Virus record (IMG/VR): IMGVR_UViG_3300049472_000168
Coordinates: 64,001-128,000 of that record
Strand: one strand, 5' to 3'
DNA: 64,000 bases
DNA from: a virus
Lineage: Duplodnaviria; Caudoviricetes
Shown: in pieces, positions 38,164 to 49,190 of the stretch
Layout of the letters: the number at the start of each line of letters is the position of its first letter
Numbering within the stretch: position 1 is the stretch's first letter
Program-made: the position numbers and the translations under genes
The notes under the pieces: model-generated
Databases searched by the model: none
Told to the model about the DNA's origin: nothing
Seen by the model: only the letters and a program-made list of their open reading frames with translations

Positions 38164-38505
38164 CTACTTGCTGAAGTCAAGGATTTCTTCTGACCCATCA
38201 TTCCGAAACAATGTGGCCTCGATGTCTTGGCCGCCAAATACGTCTTCGCAGTATTTCTGGGGACTCTCCCAGCCCTTGACACCTTTGGAGTAGAGGTCAA
38301 ATACACTGCCTCCGAGCACGGGGACCTGGTGATATTTCCAGATCTGAGATGGGTCGTAGTTAGGGAAGATGAGACCTCCTCCCCTTGCTTCGACATATAA
38401 TACGGCTTGGTCTTCGACCTCGTCGTAACAGACCAAAACCTCGTTGGCTAGTTCGCCACAGAAACCGTCGTAATCCTCTGGTCTCAAGTGTTTTATTTTA
38501 TCCAT
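38164..38505 (-). CDS. Hypothetical protein
   Basis: Behind TAGACA-18-TATCGT-6-ATG. Confidence 0.55.
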   Translation of the reverse strand: MDKIKHLRPEDYDGFCGELANEVLVCYDEVEDQAVLYVEARGGGLIFPNYDPSQIWKYHQVPVLGGSVFDLYSKGVKGWESPQKYCEDVFGGQDIEATLFRNDGSEEILDFSK

Positions 38506-38543
38506 GGCCTCACGATATCACCTAAACCCAATCTTGTCTAGGC

Positions 38544-38894
38544 ATGGCTCAGACTCTTAATATCACAGTAGATCAGGGTTCGGACTACGAGCAAATCTTG
38601 ACCTTCAAAGACTCCACAGGAACCCCCATCAATATCACGGGATGGACTTTTGCGGGTCAAGCCAGAACCAGTATCGAAGCCGCGAGTCCTAGCGTTACCT
38701 TTGATTTTACCCTTTTGGCGCAAAGCGGCGCAACCCTGGGCCAGGTCGTCTGGACGGTCCCCGCAGCCGAAACCGAACCCCTGGGAACCTCGCAAGTGGT
38801 CTTGGTCTATGATGTAGAACGAATCGATGCGTCAGCTAAGGTCTTAAGAATTCTTCAGGGTACTATGACGATTAATCCGGAGGTTACTCGTTAA
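38544..38894 (+). CDS. Ig-like baseplate/fibre-attachment structural protein
   Basis: NITVDQGSDY...PINITGWT...Q.R...YDVE...RILQG...PEVTR pattern; CAATCTT upstream. Confidence 0.65.
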   Translation: MAQTLNITVDQGSDYEQILTFKDSTGTPINITGWTFAGQARTSIEAASPSVTFDFTLLAQSGATLGQVVWTVPAAETEPLGTSQVVLVYDVERIDASAKVLRILQGTMTINPEVTR

Positions 38895-39461
38895 ATGCCG
38901 ACTGACTGCACCCCAGTCGATGTCATTCAACAACCCGTAGAACTCGAAGTCCTACAGGTACAGAATCCTATTGACATCCTCCAGACTTCTACTGAAATCG
39001 ATATTGAGGCCTCGACTAGTCCTATCGATGTTGTCCAGACCTCCACTCCTATCGATGTTGTCCAGACCACTGTTCCTCTTGATATCTCACAGTCTCTGAG
39101 TCCTATTGAAGTCGTCCAGACCTCGACAGGAATCGAGATAACTGAGGTCCAGAATCCGATTGAACTCATCCAGAGCACGCCTCAGATTGAGATTCAACAG
39201 ACCTCTCCTGTCATCGATGTCTCGACTCCAGGTGTCCAGGGTGTTCCTGGTCTAGGTTCGCCTTGGATCACATATGCCATGTTGTGGGATACGGCCCCTA
39301 CGGTTGCAGGCAGCGTTGCTGCCGGAACCGTCTTTACTTACACCCTAGATGGAAATACTCGTTACCGCTTGGTACCGGAACCTTACGATCCTAGTGATGA
39401 CGCCTTTTATGGCAGCTTCGCCGGGATGGTGTTGTCAGATCTTATCGTAGCCAGAGCCTAA
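38895..39461 (+). CDS. Structural protein with 9-aa PI(D/E)VVQTST repeats
   Basis: About 11 degenerate nonapeptide repeats (38910-39225), then a short GVQGVPG segment. Confidence 0.6.
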   Translation: MPTDCTPVDVIQQPVELEVLQVQNPIDILQTSTEIDIEASTSPIDVVQTSTPIDVVQTTVPLDISQSLSPIEVVQTSTGIEITEVQNPIELIQSTPQIEIQQTSPVIDVSTPGVQGVPGLGSPWITYAMLWDTAPTVAGSVAAGTVFTYTLDGNTRYRLVPEPYDPSDDAFYGSFAGMVLSDLIVARA

Positions 39462-39473
39462 GGAAAATTATAG

Positions 39474-41165
39474 ATGTCTATTAATACAGATTTTGAGATT
39501 CAGAACGACAAAGATATCCGATATATTGGTGCCGCCCATGGTGCATCTGGAGCAGGTTACTACACTGTTCTGGAGTTCCATAGATGGTTGCAAGATTTGG
39601 CAGATGATGCGTCTTCGGCTGGGGATGATTTTCTGGATATCACGCGAGATACCCCCTCCGATAAGTCGTTCGACACCATTATCAATTTGATCAATGGATT
39701 CAATGTTGATGATACGGCGGCGGAACACCTATATGGCGGATCCATTCTGCAAACCAACGGAGATGTAATCTACGACGGTGTTCAGATCGTTGCTAATGCC
39801 GGTGTCCATGTTGAAATCGTTCAGAACGGCGCAATTATTGCGAATGATTTCTGGAACTCGGTTCCATTTGGATCAAGTAACAAAGGCTTGAATCCCGATG
39901 TTGCGACTGGTACGGCAGCTCGATTTATGATTAAAGTCCGGACTGGAGCGGCTGATATCGATGGGCGTCGTCTATTGTTCCAAACCAGAGAATGGGGATT
40001 TACCTACTCTGAATTCAGGGTTCCAGGAACAGGCCGTGGTATCAACGTCGTACCTCTGACCTATGCAGTTGACCTAAATAATCAGACTGTCATCGGTACC
40101 ATTGCTGCTATTGGCGATATCGCAAACGGCACCGAGGGCTACAACGGTATAGATGTCAATAATGATGGCTCCAATGAGTTCTATTACTCAGAGTGGGATC
40201 GTGGTGCGAACTCGATAAATACATTCTACGAAAGAATGAAATGGCTGACCCGACGAGGATCGGCTTCAACAATCTACGGCCTCAATGGTGAGTTGTTCCG
40301 TGGCATCACACACGAAATCAATATAGATACCCCTACTGGTACTTTCGATGCCAGCGAAAACGTGTCTTGGTCTGGTGGTACCGGCAGGATGCTGGCAATT
40401 AATAGCCCTACGGCAGGAACCAAGATGTGGATCCAGCTACTTACCGGTGTTGCCCCGACCGACAACCAGACTATCACTGGCGGCACTTCATCTGCAACCT
40501 GTCTGGTTAACGTCACAGTCACGGACCGCACTCTATCATTTCCGTTCTGTGGCGTTTCTACCGGTACCAGCCTCATCGGCGCGTTCGGTTTCGGTGTCGA
40601 AGCTCTTGATCTGTCTGCAAACGATAAGGTTTTCGACCTAACAAATACTCAGCGCCAGGCTCCGAACTACGTATCCTTCACGGTACAAGGAATCGTAAGC
40701 GGCGAGGACTATGTCCTGGTTGCCCCTGCTAGCGGCGGCGTCATCGATCTAGACTTCTTTACTCTTAATGGAGCCCTGACCGGAGCCGCTGTAACTAGCG
40801 TAGTCGTCAATGAGGCTATTCCGGGCGACACCCCGGCCACAGGAACGCTCCGTATTCTAAGGGCAAGCGGTGCTTATTCACGGCATCCTTACAGTGCGTA
40901 TAATGCGGGTACAAAGACCTTTACAATTACTAGCCATGATTTTTCGTCTAATAATGCCGCTGATGATGCCAACTGTTATCCTAGCTATATCGACAAACTC
41001 GCAGCTGCTACCAGCGAAGCCTTCACAACGGTCTATGTCTCTGATCGGTCTTTGTATGTCCGTGTCCGAGACGGTGGCGTGACACCAATTAAAACATTTG
41101 AATCTACCGGTACCCTTGGTTCCGCAGGCGGCAGCGCAACAGCAGTACGTACTAGCGACGCATAA
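39474..41165 (+). CDS. Virion structural protein (fibre/appendage-associated)
   Basis: 563 aa, G/T/S-rich, inside the structural operon. Confidence 0.6.
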   Translation: MSINTDFEIQNDKDIRYIGAAHGASGAGYYTVLEFHRWLQDLADDASSAGDDFLDITRDTPSDKSFDTIINLINGFNVDDTAAEHLYGGSILQTNGDVIYDGVQIVANAGVHVEIVQNGAIIANDFWNSVPFGSSNKGLNPDVATGTAARFMIKVRTGAADIDGRRLLFQTREWGFTYSEFRVPGTGRGINVVPLTYAVDLNNQTVIGTIAAIGDIANGTEGYNGIDVNNDGSNEFYYSEWDRGANSINTFYERMKWLTRRGSASTIYGLNGELFRGITHEINIDTPTGTFDASENVSWSGGTGRMLAINSPTAGTKMWIQLLTGVAPTDNQTITGGTSSATCLVNVTVTDRTLSFPFCGVSTGTSLIGAFGFGVEALDLSANDKVFDLTNTQRQAPNYVSFTVQGIVSGEDYVLVAPASGGVIDLDFFTLNGALTGAAVTSVVVNEAIPGDTPATGTLRILRASGAYSRHPYSAYNAGTKTFTITSHDFSSNNAADDANCYPSYIDKLAAATSEAFTTVYVSDRSLYVRVRDGGVTPIKTFESTGTLGSAGGSATAVRTSDA

Positions 41166-41177
41166 TACGGAGATGGA

Positions 41178-44012
41178 ATGGCCAATCAAACCGTTAGTGC
41201 TAACGCAAATTTTGACGACGCAGGAATCAGCGGTCTAGCTAACGGCGAAGATATCACCATCAATACTGGCGCCACATTAACTATTAACAGTGATGTCAGA
41301 TGGGGTCAGCAAGCAGCCGTTATCGGGGCTATCACGATTGATAGTAGTACAGGAGGCACCTGTACGATTGACGGTACCGATGTCTGGTGGATTCCGTTTG
41401 ATGCCTCGTCTGGAAACGTGCCGACCCTGGGGACGGCGGGAACCGAAGATTGTACGGGCAGCGTCGCTGGGTCCGGTGAATTCCTCGGCATCTGGACGGC
41501 GCTCGGCGTGGCTCCTTCGGCTTCTGGCGGTGCGATGCCAGGGACGGGATTCCTCAAGTTAAGGCAGCGTTCGGTCGCGTTCGCCGATAACGAGGTCATT
41601 ACGTTGCCAGGCGGCGCAACCTGTACCGTCAACAGCACGACCGGTGGCCAGCGCGGGTGGATTCATGTTGTAGGGGAAGAAGCCGCGACAATCACTGTTC
41701 CTCGTGTCGGTCGATTCGAGTCTTTGGGTGATTGGTTTGAATTAGGTACTACCAATGGATCTGATGATCAGACGTTTCAGTTTTATGTTGCTGATCAGTG
41801 TCCTGCTATCCAGGTAGAAACTGGTTCTGGGACCGGTATTTACGAATGGTGGGTTTGCGCCGGTACGACAAGATGGGCGCAAGCTAATTTGCGTGTAGCT
41901 ACAGATGCTCGTGGCAAGATGTTCGGATGTTCTACGGCTGGAGTCATAACAATTGCAACTAGAGTAGGGAACGACTCAGGTTTCAAGCCTGTGTCTGGTT
42001 GCAAGGTGAGGGTTCCGAATATTCACTACTCATCAAGCACTTCGGCAAACTGGGCCACAAATTTACGCAATACAACATTGGCTACGAGATGGGATTTTAC
42101 CACTACGTCAGCAGGAGATATCGAATTAGATAAGTCGTCTCTTAATATCTATGCATCTTTTTCGCAGCCCTATGCCGTTGTGGTTACTGATTGCGGCTTC
42201 CTGGATCAGCTTCTGATTTCCGAGTGTGCGACGGAGCCCGTACTGACTAGGGCAGTAGTTGGTCTTTCGGCAGCGATTGATACCGCACCGATAAGCATAG
42301 CGTCATGCTTTTCTGGCGTCACAATGGACGGGTGCGTGGCCCTTAAGTACGAAGCGGAAAGCGCAGATACCGGAACTACGGTAACCGACTGTGACGATGT
42401 CACGATCACAGGCGGCATTTATTACACGTTCGGCGACAATACTGCGGCAACCCTGAACCGTGGCGCTGGTAGCACCGGCGCACTGACGCTTACCCGTGTG
42501 ACAAATAGCGTGCTCAACGATGTTGCTGTTATCGGCGCATCGTGCAGGATTGTCTCGTGCATCAATGTTCAGATCAACGACCTGGTTTTCGGGCATCAGG
42601 TCGAGGGGCAGACGACCAACAGCACGAACCCTGTTTCGGCTATCGACATCAGCGGTGCTTCGGCGGACATCGTTGTCGATGGGTACGGCGGGAACTTCGC
42701 AGCGATAGCGAACATTCACCCCTACAACGCAATTGTTGCTATCGCTGCATCCTATGATTGTACGGTTCAGAATATCGGAACCCCTGCTTCTCCCTATGAT
42801 TGTGGTAGCGCGAACGCATGTGCCGGTGGTGTCGCCCTGGGCGGTAACGGTTCTGGTCATAAAATCAAGAGAGTCTACACCACGAATGCCAGAACAGGCG
42901 GTGCCACCGACACGAACTCGGATGCGAGGATCGAATACGTCAACGTTTGGGGCGACGGAGCGGATACGGGCTTTGTATTGAATGCCCTGAACTCAACCGC
43001 CAAGGGGCTGCGCTCGACAAACCCAACAACCGGTGCCACGGCAGTTTATGGTACCCATTTCTACGATACATTTGTGAGTACGACTGAAGCCAGACTCGTA
43101 TTTTTGGCCAATGAACCAACCGATCTAAGTGGTACCAAACTACAGACAACCGCAGGAACAGCGGTTTATACCTCGACGGGTCAGGTGAAGCTACTGGCCG
43201 TCAATGATGCAATCGTTTGGGAAATGGACTACTTCTGTCTCGGGTGGACGGCGCTGAATAACGCTTCGCCAACGTTCAGCGGAACCAACTCGGCAAATCA
43301 CACCATAGATTATCAGATCGATACCGGATCCGGCTGGTCCAGTTGGAAGACTGCAAACGGTACCAATCTGTCGGGAGAGACTATAAGCTCTACCACTGGA
43401 TTCAGGCTCAAGCTGCGGGCAACCTGCAACAGCGCCAGCACAACAAATGCAATTATTAATATCAGGATCACAGGGACCACAACTTCTGGTGCCCAACAGG
43501 AACAATATCCTCTGCAAACCGTTCCAGTTTCGGTAACTACATTAGATGCAGCTAGTTCCTCTGATATCGAATCGGCTCGGATTCTCCTCAGAGCATCTAC
43601 AGGCAGCACTGTTACGATTACTAGGGCCAGCAGCACGGCTACCGTTACTCATACGGCACATGGATTCCGGAATGGCAAAAAAGTTGTTATATCGGGAGCA
43701 GTTGAAGGCGAATATAACGGGATCAAAACCATAACGGTTGTTGACGCCAACACCTACACCTATACCGTGAGCGGAACTCCAGCTACCCCAGCAACGGGAA
43801 CAATTACGTCGTATCGTGTCATTCTAGACGGAGCCACGGATTCCAACGGATTGCTAACAGACCCCGAAGTCGAATTGATTGGGTCCAGCCTTGCGGTATC
43901 GGGTACGGCAAGAAAAGGAACAGCGGCACCATACTATAAACCAACACCGTTGTCCGGAACCGTGTCTACCTCTGGTCTTTCCATTACGTCGTATCTGGTC
44001 GGAGACGCATAA
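41178..44012 (+). CDS. Tail fibre/spike-like protein with probable beta-helix region
   Basis: 944 aa, T/G/S-rich, beta-helix-like periodicity, C-terminal ATVTHTAHG beta module. Confidence 0.6.
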   Translation: MANQTVSANANFDDAGISGLANGEDITINTGATLTINSDVRWGQQAAVIGAITIDSSTGGTCTIDGTDVWWIPFDASSGNVPTLGTAGTEDCTGSVAGSGEFLGIWTALGVAPSASGGAMPGTGFLKLRQRSVAFADNEVITLPGGATCTVNSTTGGQRGWIHVVGEEAATITVPRVGRFESLGDWFELGTTNGSDDQTFQFYVADQCPAIQVETGSGTGIYEWWVCAGTTRWAQANLRVATDARGKMFGCSTAGVITIATRVGNDSGFKPVSGCKVRVPNIHYSSSTSANWATNLRNTTLATRWDFTTTSAGDIELDKSSLNIYASFSQPYAVVVTDCGFLDQLLISECATEPVLTRAVVGLSAAIDTAPISIASCFSGVTMDGCVALKYEAESADTGTTVTDCDDVTITGGIYYTFGDNTAATLNRGAGSTGALTLTRVTNSVLNDVAVIGASCRIVSCINVQINDLVFGHQVEGQTTNSTNPVSAIDISGASADIVVDGYGGNFAAIANIHPYNAIVAIAASYDCTVQNIGTPASPYDCGSANACAGGVALGGNGSGHKIKRVYTTNARTGGATDTNSDARIEYVNVWGDGADTGFVLNALNSTAKGLRSTNPTTGATAVYGTHFYDTFVSTTEARLVFLANEPTDLSGTKLQTTAGTAVYTSTGQVKLLAVNDAIVWEMDYFCLGWTALNNASPTFSGTNSANHTIDYQIDTGSGWSSWKTANGTNLSGETISSTTGFRLKLRATCNSASTTNAIINIRITGTTTSGAQQEQYPLQTVPVSVTTLDAASSSDIESARILLRASTGSTVTITRASSTATVTHTAHGFRNGKKVVISGAVEGEYNGIKTITVVDANTYTYTVSGTPATPATGTITSYRVILDGATDSNGLLTDPEVELIGSSLAVSGTARKGTAAPYYKPTPLSGTVSTSGLSITSYLVGDA

Positions 44013-44546
44013 ATGGCGATTTCGATGAATTGGCTGACTCAAAGAATTACGATACCTCAATCAGACCTTGTCCTGGTCTCAGGGGTTCTCTACGATCTTG
44101 ATGTCAATGCGTTAAGGCTTCAACTGAAGGACCTGGAGGATGGCGAAGGTATCGTTTTCCCCGATACCCATCGGCATAATACCGAAGTCACGCTTTCTGG
44201 AGTCACCTATGCCAGAACCTTCGAGATGATTAATGGCTACACCATCGAATTCCAGAATACCGGAACACCTTATACAGTGAGATGTACGGGGGCCAATCAC
44301 AACCTGGCCGATGTCTTTGTCCCCGGAGCCTCGGGGGTCAGCCTAATCATCGGCAACTCAGCAGGCTTGATTGTTGCTGGCGGTGGTGGAGGTGGCGGCT
44401 ACACCCCGGCCCAAATCGCCGATGCCGTCTGGGATGAGACAAAATCGACACATACGACGCCAGGCAGCATGGGCGATGCCTTTGAAATCATCAATGAAGG
44501 CATCAAGAAGGCGTCGATTCTGGTTCCTCATCTTGAGGATGTCTAG
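44013..44546 (+). CDS. Structural protein (IADAVWDE motif)
   Basis: Gly linker then TPAQIADAVWDE...GSMG. Confidence 0.55.
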   Translation: MAISMNWLTQRITIPQSDLVLVSGVLYDLDVNALRLQLKDLEDGEGIVFPDTHRHNTEVTLSGVTYARTFEMINGYTIEFQNTGTPYTVRCTGANHNLADVFVPGASGVSLIIGNSAGLIVAGGGGGGGYTPAQIADAVWDETKSTHTTPGSMGDAFEIINEGIKKASILVPHLEDV

Positions 44547-44551
44547 AGTAT

Positions 44552-45049
44552 TTAATATTTCTTGCCGTTGTCCTTCAATCGGTTTTCGATCTTATGATCT
44601 TCTCGCGTAGCGTTGTATTCCATCTTCTCCAAGATGGCCCCTAGCAGGTCATAATTCTGATAGGCACAGTAATCGAGGATTCGAATAACCGTATCGGCCA
44701 TCTCGACTTCGGCCATGCGCCTGTGAGGCAGTTTGTCGTCCATCAGGTTTTTCCGCTCGCCTTCGAGGGCTTCGGATAGCTCCGAATGGATAAGTGCGAT
44801 CATCTCTCCCTTGTTGCGCTCAAGCCTACCGCCGGTTTTCAGGTCGGTGTACCAACCAGCCTTGACGGAGGCGTGATGGCAGGCATCGAGAAGGTCTTGG
44901 AACTTAACATCTTTGGTCATATCAATTGTCTCCATTTCGTAGCTGTAACAAACATAATCAATCTGTGGTCCTGTCGCACCAAAGCTTTTGAAGCTACGCA
45001 CTGGCGTTGCTGGTAATTGGCTGGTACGAACAAAAACTCTACTCTCCAT
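44552..45049 (-). CDS. MazG-like NTP pyrophosphohydrolase
   Basis: IALIHSELSEALEGERK...EVEMADTVIRILD...KMEYN..R. The true start is probably internal (about 44927-44942). Confidence 0.8.
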   Translation of the reverse strand: MESRVFVRTSQLPATPVRSFKSFGATGPQIDYVCYSYEMETIDMTKDVKFQDLLDACHHASVKAGWYTDLKTGGRLERNKGEMIALIHSELSEALEGERKNLMDDKLPHRRMAEVEMADTVIRILDYCAYQNYDLLGAILEKMEYNATREDHKIENRLKDNGKKY

Positions 45050-46001
45050 TTACTTCGGAGTCCGGAAAAAGCCGACATCGGAGTCCATAGACGTGATCAT
45101 GTCTGTCGTAGGCCATTGATTTGGCGGAATCCTCAGACAGCGCCTCGACTACTTTTTGTATCGGATATGTGAACCCAATGGCACCGATCTTGCGACCATG
45201 GAATTGTAGGACGTATTTCCTCTTCTTGGTGGGGCCTCCGATCATCGTGAGATCGGTCCCCGCCTTGAAGGCGTCTTCAGTTGCATCGATTCCTGATTTC
45301 ATCGTGGATTCCTTGCAGCATATTCCAATGCTAGTTCGCGGGTTTCAAATGTTGCTACTAGACGGTAGTCTTTGGTGTAGAGCTGCCAATGAATTTTCTT
45401 TACCCTACCGACCCGAACAGCCACTGGGTCCATCAAGTATCCATGAATTGCGGTAGTTCTCGTCATTTAATCCTATCCATGTCCGGTCGAGTCCAAGGGT
45501 GCGTCCGTCTTCCGACGTGCAGTCATATTCTCCTAGATCATCTGGACCCGACACAACAGTATTTTTTTCTATCAAACTTAGCTACCCATTTGGTGCCGAT
45601 CAGATAATCAACGAAAGGAATGGGGGAGGCAGTTCCTTACCCTGCTCCACTGGTTCGATTTGGTACTTGTAGTCGAGATCTGATCTCAATTGTGTTTGAA
45701 TAAATTCCTGGGCTTTTTCATAATCCCTGAACCAACACATTAGAGTAGTATCATCATCTTCATCGCAGAGATTCCTAATCACGACATAGATCTTATTCAT
45801 CGTAGGCCTCTTTGAGATTCTCGTACTCAAGCAAAGTATCTTCGATTTTTGCCGGAAGCAGATCACAAGGTTTGCTATCTAGGCCCAGGATAGGATACAT
45901 ACCCGCCTGGACACGTCGTTTAACAACCTCCAGATGATGAATCGCCTTGTCCAGGAGATCGCGGGTTTCCCTTAGCTCCATCTGGTTTTCAAGTTCAGTT
46001 T

Positions 46002-46289
46002 TCATCGGTAAGCCATTCCGTAAGGAGTCACTGCTGATGCCCAGGTCTCAGGTTGATAGAGGTTTCCTCGGGCTCCCTTGGCAGGAGCCTTCCAGGTTGC
46101 TGCCTTCAAGATGTCTCCTGACTCCACATCTACGAAGCCGAAGACGGACCGAGACGATACATCGGTACAGACGATCTTGTGATATTTTCTGCCCTTCTCG
46201 ACAACAAGGGTCTTCTTGAACGGGGTCTGGATACCTTTGGTATCGACGACATCCTGACAGAAAGCTACGAATTCCTGAAGTGTTTCCAT
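46002..46289 (-). CDS. Conserved-type phage hypothetical protein
   Basis: GRKYHKIV...SVFGFVD..GDILKAATWKAPAK..RGN motif; leaderless promoter. Confidence 0.65.
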   Translation of the reverse strand: METLQEFVAFCQDVVDTKGIQTPFKKTLVVEKGRKYHKIVCTDVSSRSVFGFVDVESGDILKAATWKAPAKGARGNLYQPETWASAVTPYGMAYR

Positions 46290-46326
46290 TTATTTAATAT
46301 ATCCGAAGTCCGAGAGAATGTCAATA

Positions 46327-46593
46327 TTATTCAATAAATAAATGATAGACCAGTTTCTGGGGGCCAATTACCGTACCGATGTAGGTATGACCTGGATCTT
46401 CGTCTCCGGTATAGACTACATGGATTTGACGCACTTTTACGTAGGAGTGGTCTACTCTGGCCCAAATCGCTAGATTGTATTCATCCCCGGGATCTACTCC
46501 TACGGATAAGACAGTGTCGAGTTTCTCCGGTAGCAGCATGGGATGAATCCCTGGGTACATCGGAAGCGTATATTTGTAGATTTTAGTCATCAT
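46327..46593 (-). CDS. Hypothetical phage protein
   Basis: IYKY.L...LSV...IWA.V...YTG...YIGT...VYHLF pattern. Confidence 0.55.
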   Translation of the reverse strand: MMTKIYKYTLPMYPGIHPMLLPEKLDTVLSVGVDPGDEYNLAIWARVDHSYVKVRQIHVVYTGDEDPGHTYIGTVIGPQKLVYHLFIE

Positions 46594-46924
46594 TGTTGTT
46601 TAGCCTCAATTGCTCTTCTAAAAACGGGCCTTTGACTCGGTCCCACTTGGCGATGCAGGCCGGGTGGATTTCAAAAGTTCGGGGGTCATGGCCCAAGAAA
46701 TCTCGTAGCTCGTCGTGACCAAATCCCCCACGCGCCGCAAGGCGCTCTGCACTTTGGCCTGGATACAGGGCCGCATAGACGTGCCACGCCTCGATATGCT
46801 CCTCCCAGGTGATTGAGCCTGGTGGCAACGCCTTCAGGTATCGTCCGCCCCAACCTAGCTTGTCCAGCTCCCAGCCCTGGTCGCCCTGTACCGGTGCGCG
46901 CCGGATATCTTCCTTAATTGTCAT
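46583..46924 (-). CDS. Hypothetical protein (QSAERLAARGGFG motif)
   Basis: ORF behind TTGACT-17-TATTTT. Confidence 0.55.
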   Translation of the reverse strand: MTIKEDIRRAPVQGDQGWELDKLGWGGRYLKALPPGSITWEEHIEAWHVYAALYPGQSAERLAARGGFGHDELRDFLGHDPRTFEIHPACIAKWDRVKGPFLEEQLRLNNNDD

Positions 46925-46957
46925 TTATTCCCAAAATACAGGATTATGAACCAGAAG

Positions 46958-48412
46958 TCAAATAGAAATTTTCCATTTCGTTGTTCCCAGATCCCAGATC
47001 CTGGAATATCCGGCAGCTATAGCTAGTTCTCGTTCTGTTTTGTTAGGGTCTCCTCCAAACCTCTTAAGTAAGATGTCCTTCCTCAAGGTAAAGCGGTGAT
47101 ATCTCTTCTGGGATTTTACGTAGTGGTAGGACTGCGGAGATCTACTGACCTCAACAAATCCAGAAGCAGCATAGACATCGCCTCGACTCCATCTATTGTC
47201 TGAATAGGAGAATACCTCAGTAGCTCCTGTCTTGGCTTTGAAGGCTTTTAGGATTCTACTCAGCCCTCCTGGTATCGAATGGTTCGGCTTGGAACAAAAC
47301 CTAGACAATTCCCATTCATTTGGCTTGATTCCTCGGCTTGGATTGCCTCTAGCAAACGTAGCTATAGCCACCAGGTTCCCGACGTACGATAGTCCGATAT
47401 GGATTCCAGGTCTCGACTTCTGAAGATGCCAGTTTCCCACAACTTCTCTGGCTTTCTCAGGAGAGATTTCGACAACTTCGCACTTCCTGGCCCCTATAGA
47501 AACCTCGTTTTGGCCAAGAATAGATCGCAACCTGGCCTTTACCTTCTCTTCAGATTGCAGCCATTCATCTTCAAAGATGACGATAAGTCTACCTCCTGTG
47601 CTGGCTATTTTGTCTGCTTTGGTCTTGATCCTAGTCTTGGCATCAGCTCCCAGGGCTTTTTCGCTGTGCCAGTAGAGACCATCATATTCTATGGCGATTT
47701 TACGGTCAGGGACCCAGATATCCACCTCCAGAGGAGGAATTATTTTACGACTCCTGGAATAGGCTTCGACTCCAAGACTTCTAATGTAATCGTATATCTT
47801 AGTCTCCGCCTTTGACGCTTCGCATCCACAGCTCCTCCAGATACCGGACAAAAATCCGTTTATTTTGGGATAAAACTTGTCACCACAACTACATATTACC
47901 TCTATTTTTTGGTGGACACCAGAAATCGGTCCAGTTCTGCTAGAGTCCTGAACCTTACACCCACCAGAAGCCGCTATATCATATAAATCCTCGTAAGTAT
48001 ATGTTGATGTCTTGACCTTCCCGTCCCTGGGTAGACATCCGCAACTTTTTACATACCCATGAACCAATCGATAGACCTCAGGGGAAAATTCGACACCACA
48101 CCGACAAATGAGCCTGATTCGGTCATCGGCCTTCAGGTGCCGGGAAAAATCTACAACTACAAACCCTTTAGCGATAGCGGCTTCTTTGATTTTTTCTGGT
48201 GTGTTGAGTCCTGGCTTCCCTTTATTGCAAGAACAACAACGCTGTCCTTTTAGAATTGTCCAGGCCATAGCATTAAAGTTACCGCCGCACTTCTCACAGA
48301 TCGCTGTTACCTTAGTTTTGGTTGTTACTTTGTGGGGCAAATCAACAAACTCTAGGTCCGTCAGGAGTAGTTTTTCAGTAACAGTAAGAGCGGTAATCTT
48401 TTTATTGTCCAT
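46958..48412 (-). mobile_element. Hef-like homing endonuclease: Cys-rich ribbons, Vsr/PD-(D/E)XK nuclease, C-terminal GNAT-like domain
   Basis: CxCG...SCGC repeats; SKAE..IYDY..LEVDIW..IAIEYDGLYWH..IFEDEW; IGARKC..WELSRFC..SYSDNRW..Y.ASGF. Confidence 0.7.
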
Positions 48413-48430
48413 AAAAGAAAGGTTCTCTAG

Positions 48431-48907
48431 ATGTCTGCATCAAATATAGTACATGGAGCAAGAGCCAAAGTCTTGATTAATAACAAGCTGATTGGTTTCT
48501 TCTCGAATGTTAGCTTCGGCCTAACCTACGAGGCTCAGCCCGCGTATGTCTTAGGTAAGTTTGCACCTGCTTCTATAGATTATGTCGCCCAAGACGTGGT
48601 CCAGATCACAGCCTCTGGCTGGAAAGTAGCCGGGGCTGGTTGGCATGATGGTGCAGGTCTTCCTAAGCTCCAAGATTTGCTGACTGCTGACTACATGGAC
48701 TTCCTTGTTATGGACCGCGTCAGCAATGCCCAGCTGGCCCATATCAAAAATGTCAGGGCAACTTCAGCTTCTGGCGGATTCTCCAATAGGCAGCTGTCTG
48801 AATCCACCTTCACCTTCATGGGCATCTATATCAGCGATGACTCCGCAAGTGGTGGAAACGAAGAGGATGCCACGGCGAACCTGGGTACCGAAATCGGCGG
48901 GTCCTAA
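48431..48907 (+). CDS. Tail tube protein
   Basis: 158 aa; HGARAKV.IN...G...VSFG..Y...PAYVLG pattern of myovirus tube proteins; TAATCTT upstream. Confidence 0.7.
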   Translation: MSASNIVHGARAKVLINNKLIGFFSNVSFGLTYEAQPAYVLGKFAPASIDYVAQDVVQITASGWKVAGAGWHDGAGLPKLQDLLTADYMDFLVMDRVSNAQLAHIKNVRATSASGGFSNRQLSESTFTFMGIYISDDSASGGNEEDATANLGTEIGGS

Positions 48908-48946
48908 TCGCGTCGGGTAGTTCCAGGAATCATCCAGTCCTCAAGT

Positions 48947-48979
48947 GAAGAAGACCACCCCAAAAGGGTGGTCTTCTTC
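48947..48979. terminator. Hairpin terminator downstream of the tail tube gene (inside the convergent ORF 48904-49155)
   Basis: GAAGAAGACCACCC-CAAAA-GGGTGGTCTTCTTC, a 14-bp stem. Confidence 0.6.
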
Positions 48980-49190
48980 GCTTTTCTGATGTGTCCGGAC
49001 TCCAGGACGAGTTCGATGAACTGTGGCGAGACCTGGTATTTTTCAACTACTTTGTGGGCATTGCCGTAGTTAAAAACAGTGTAGTCACCAATCCTAAAGT
49101 CCTGAGCCGGTTTGGCCTGGACATAACCTATACCTTGGAGATGAATCATTGGCATTTATTAAATGTACCAGATCGGTCTCCGGATGTCAA

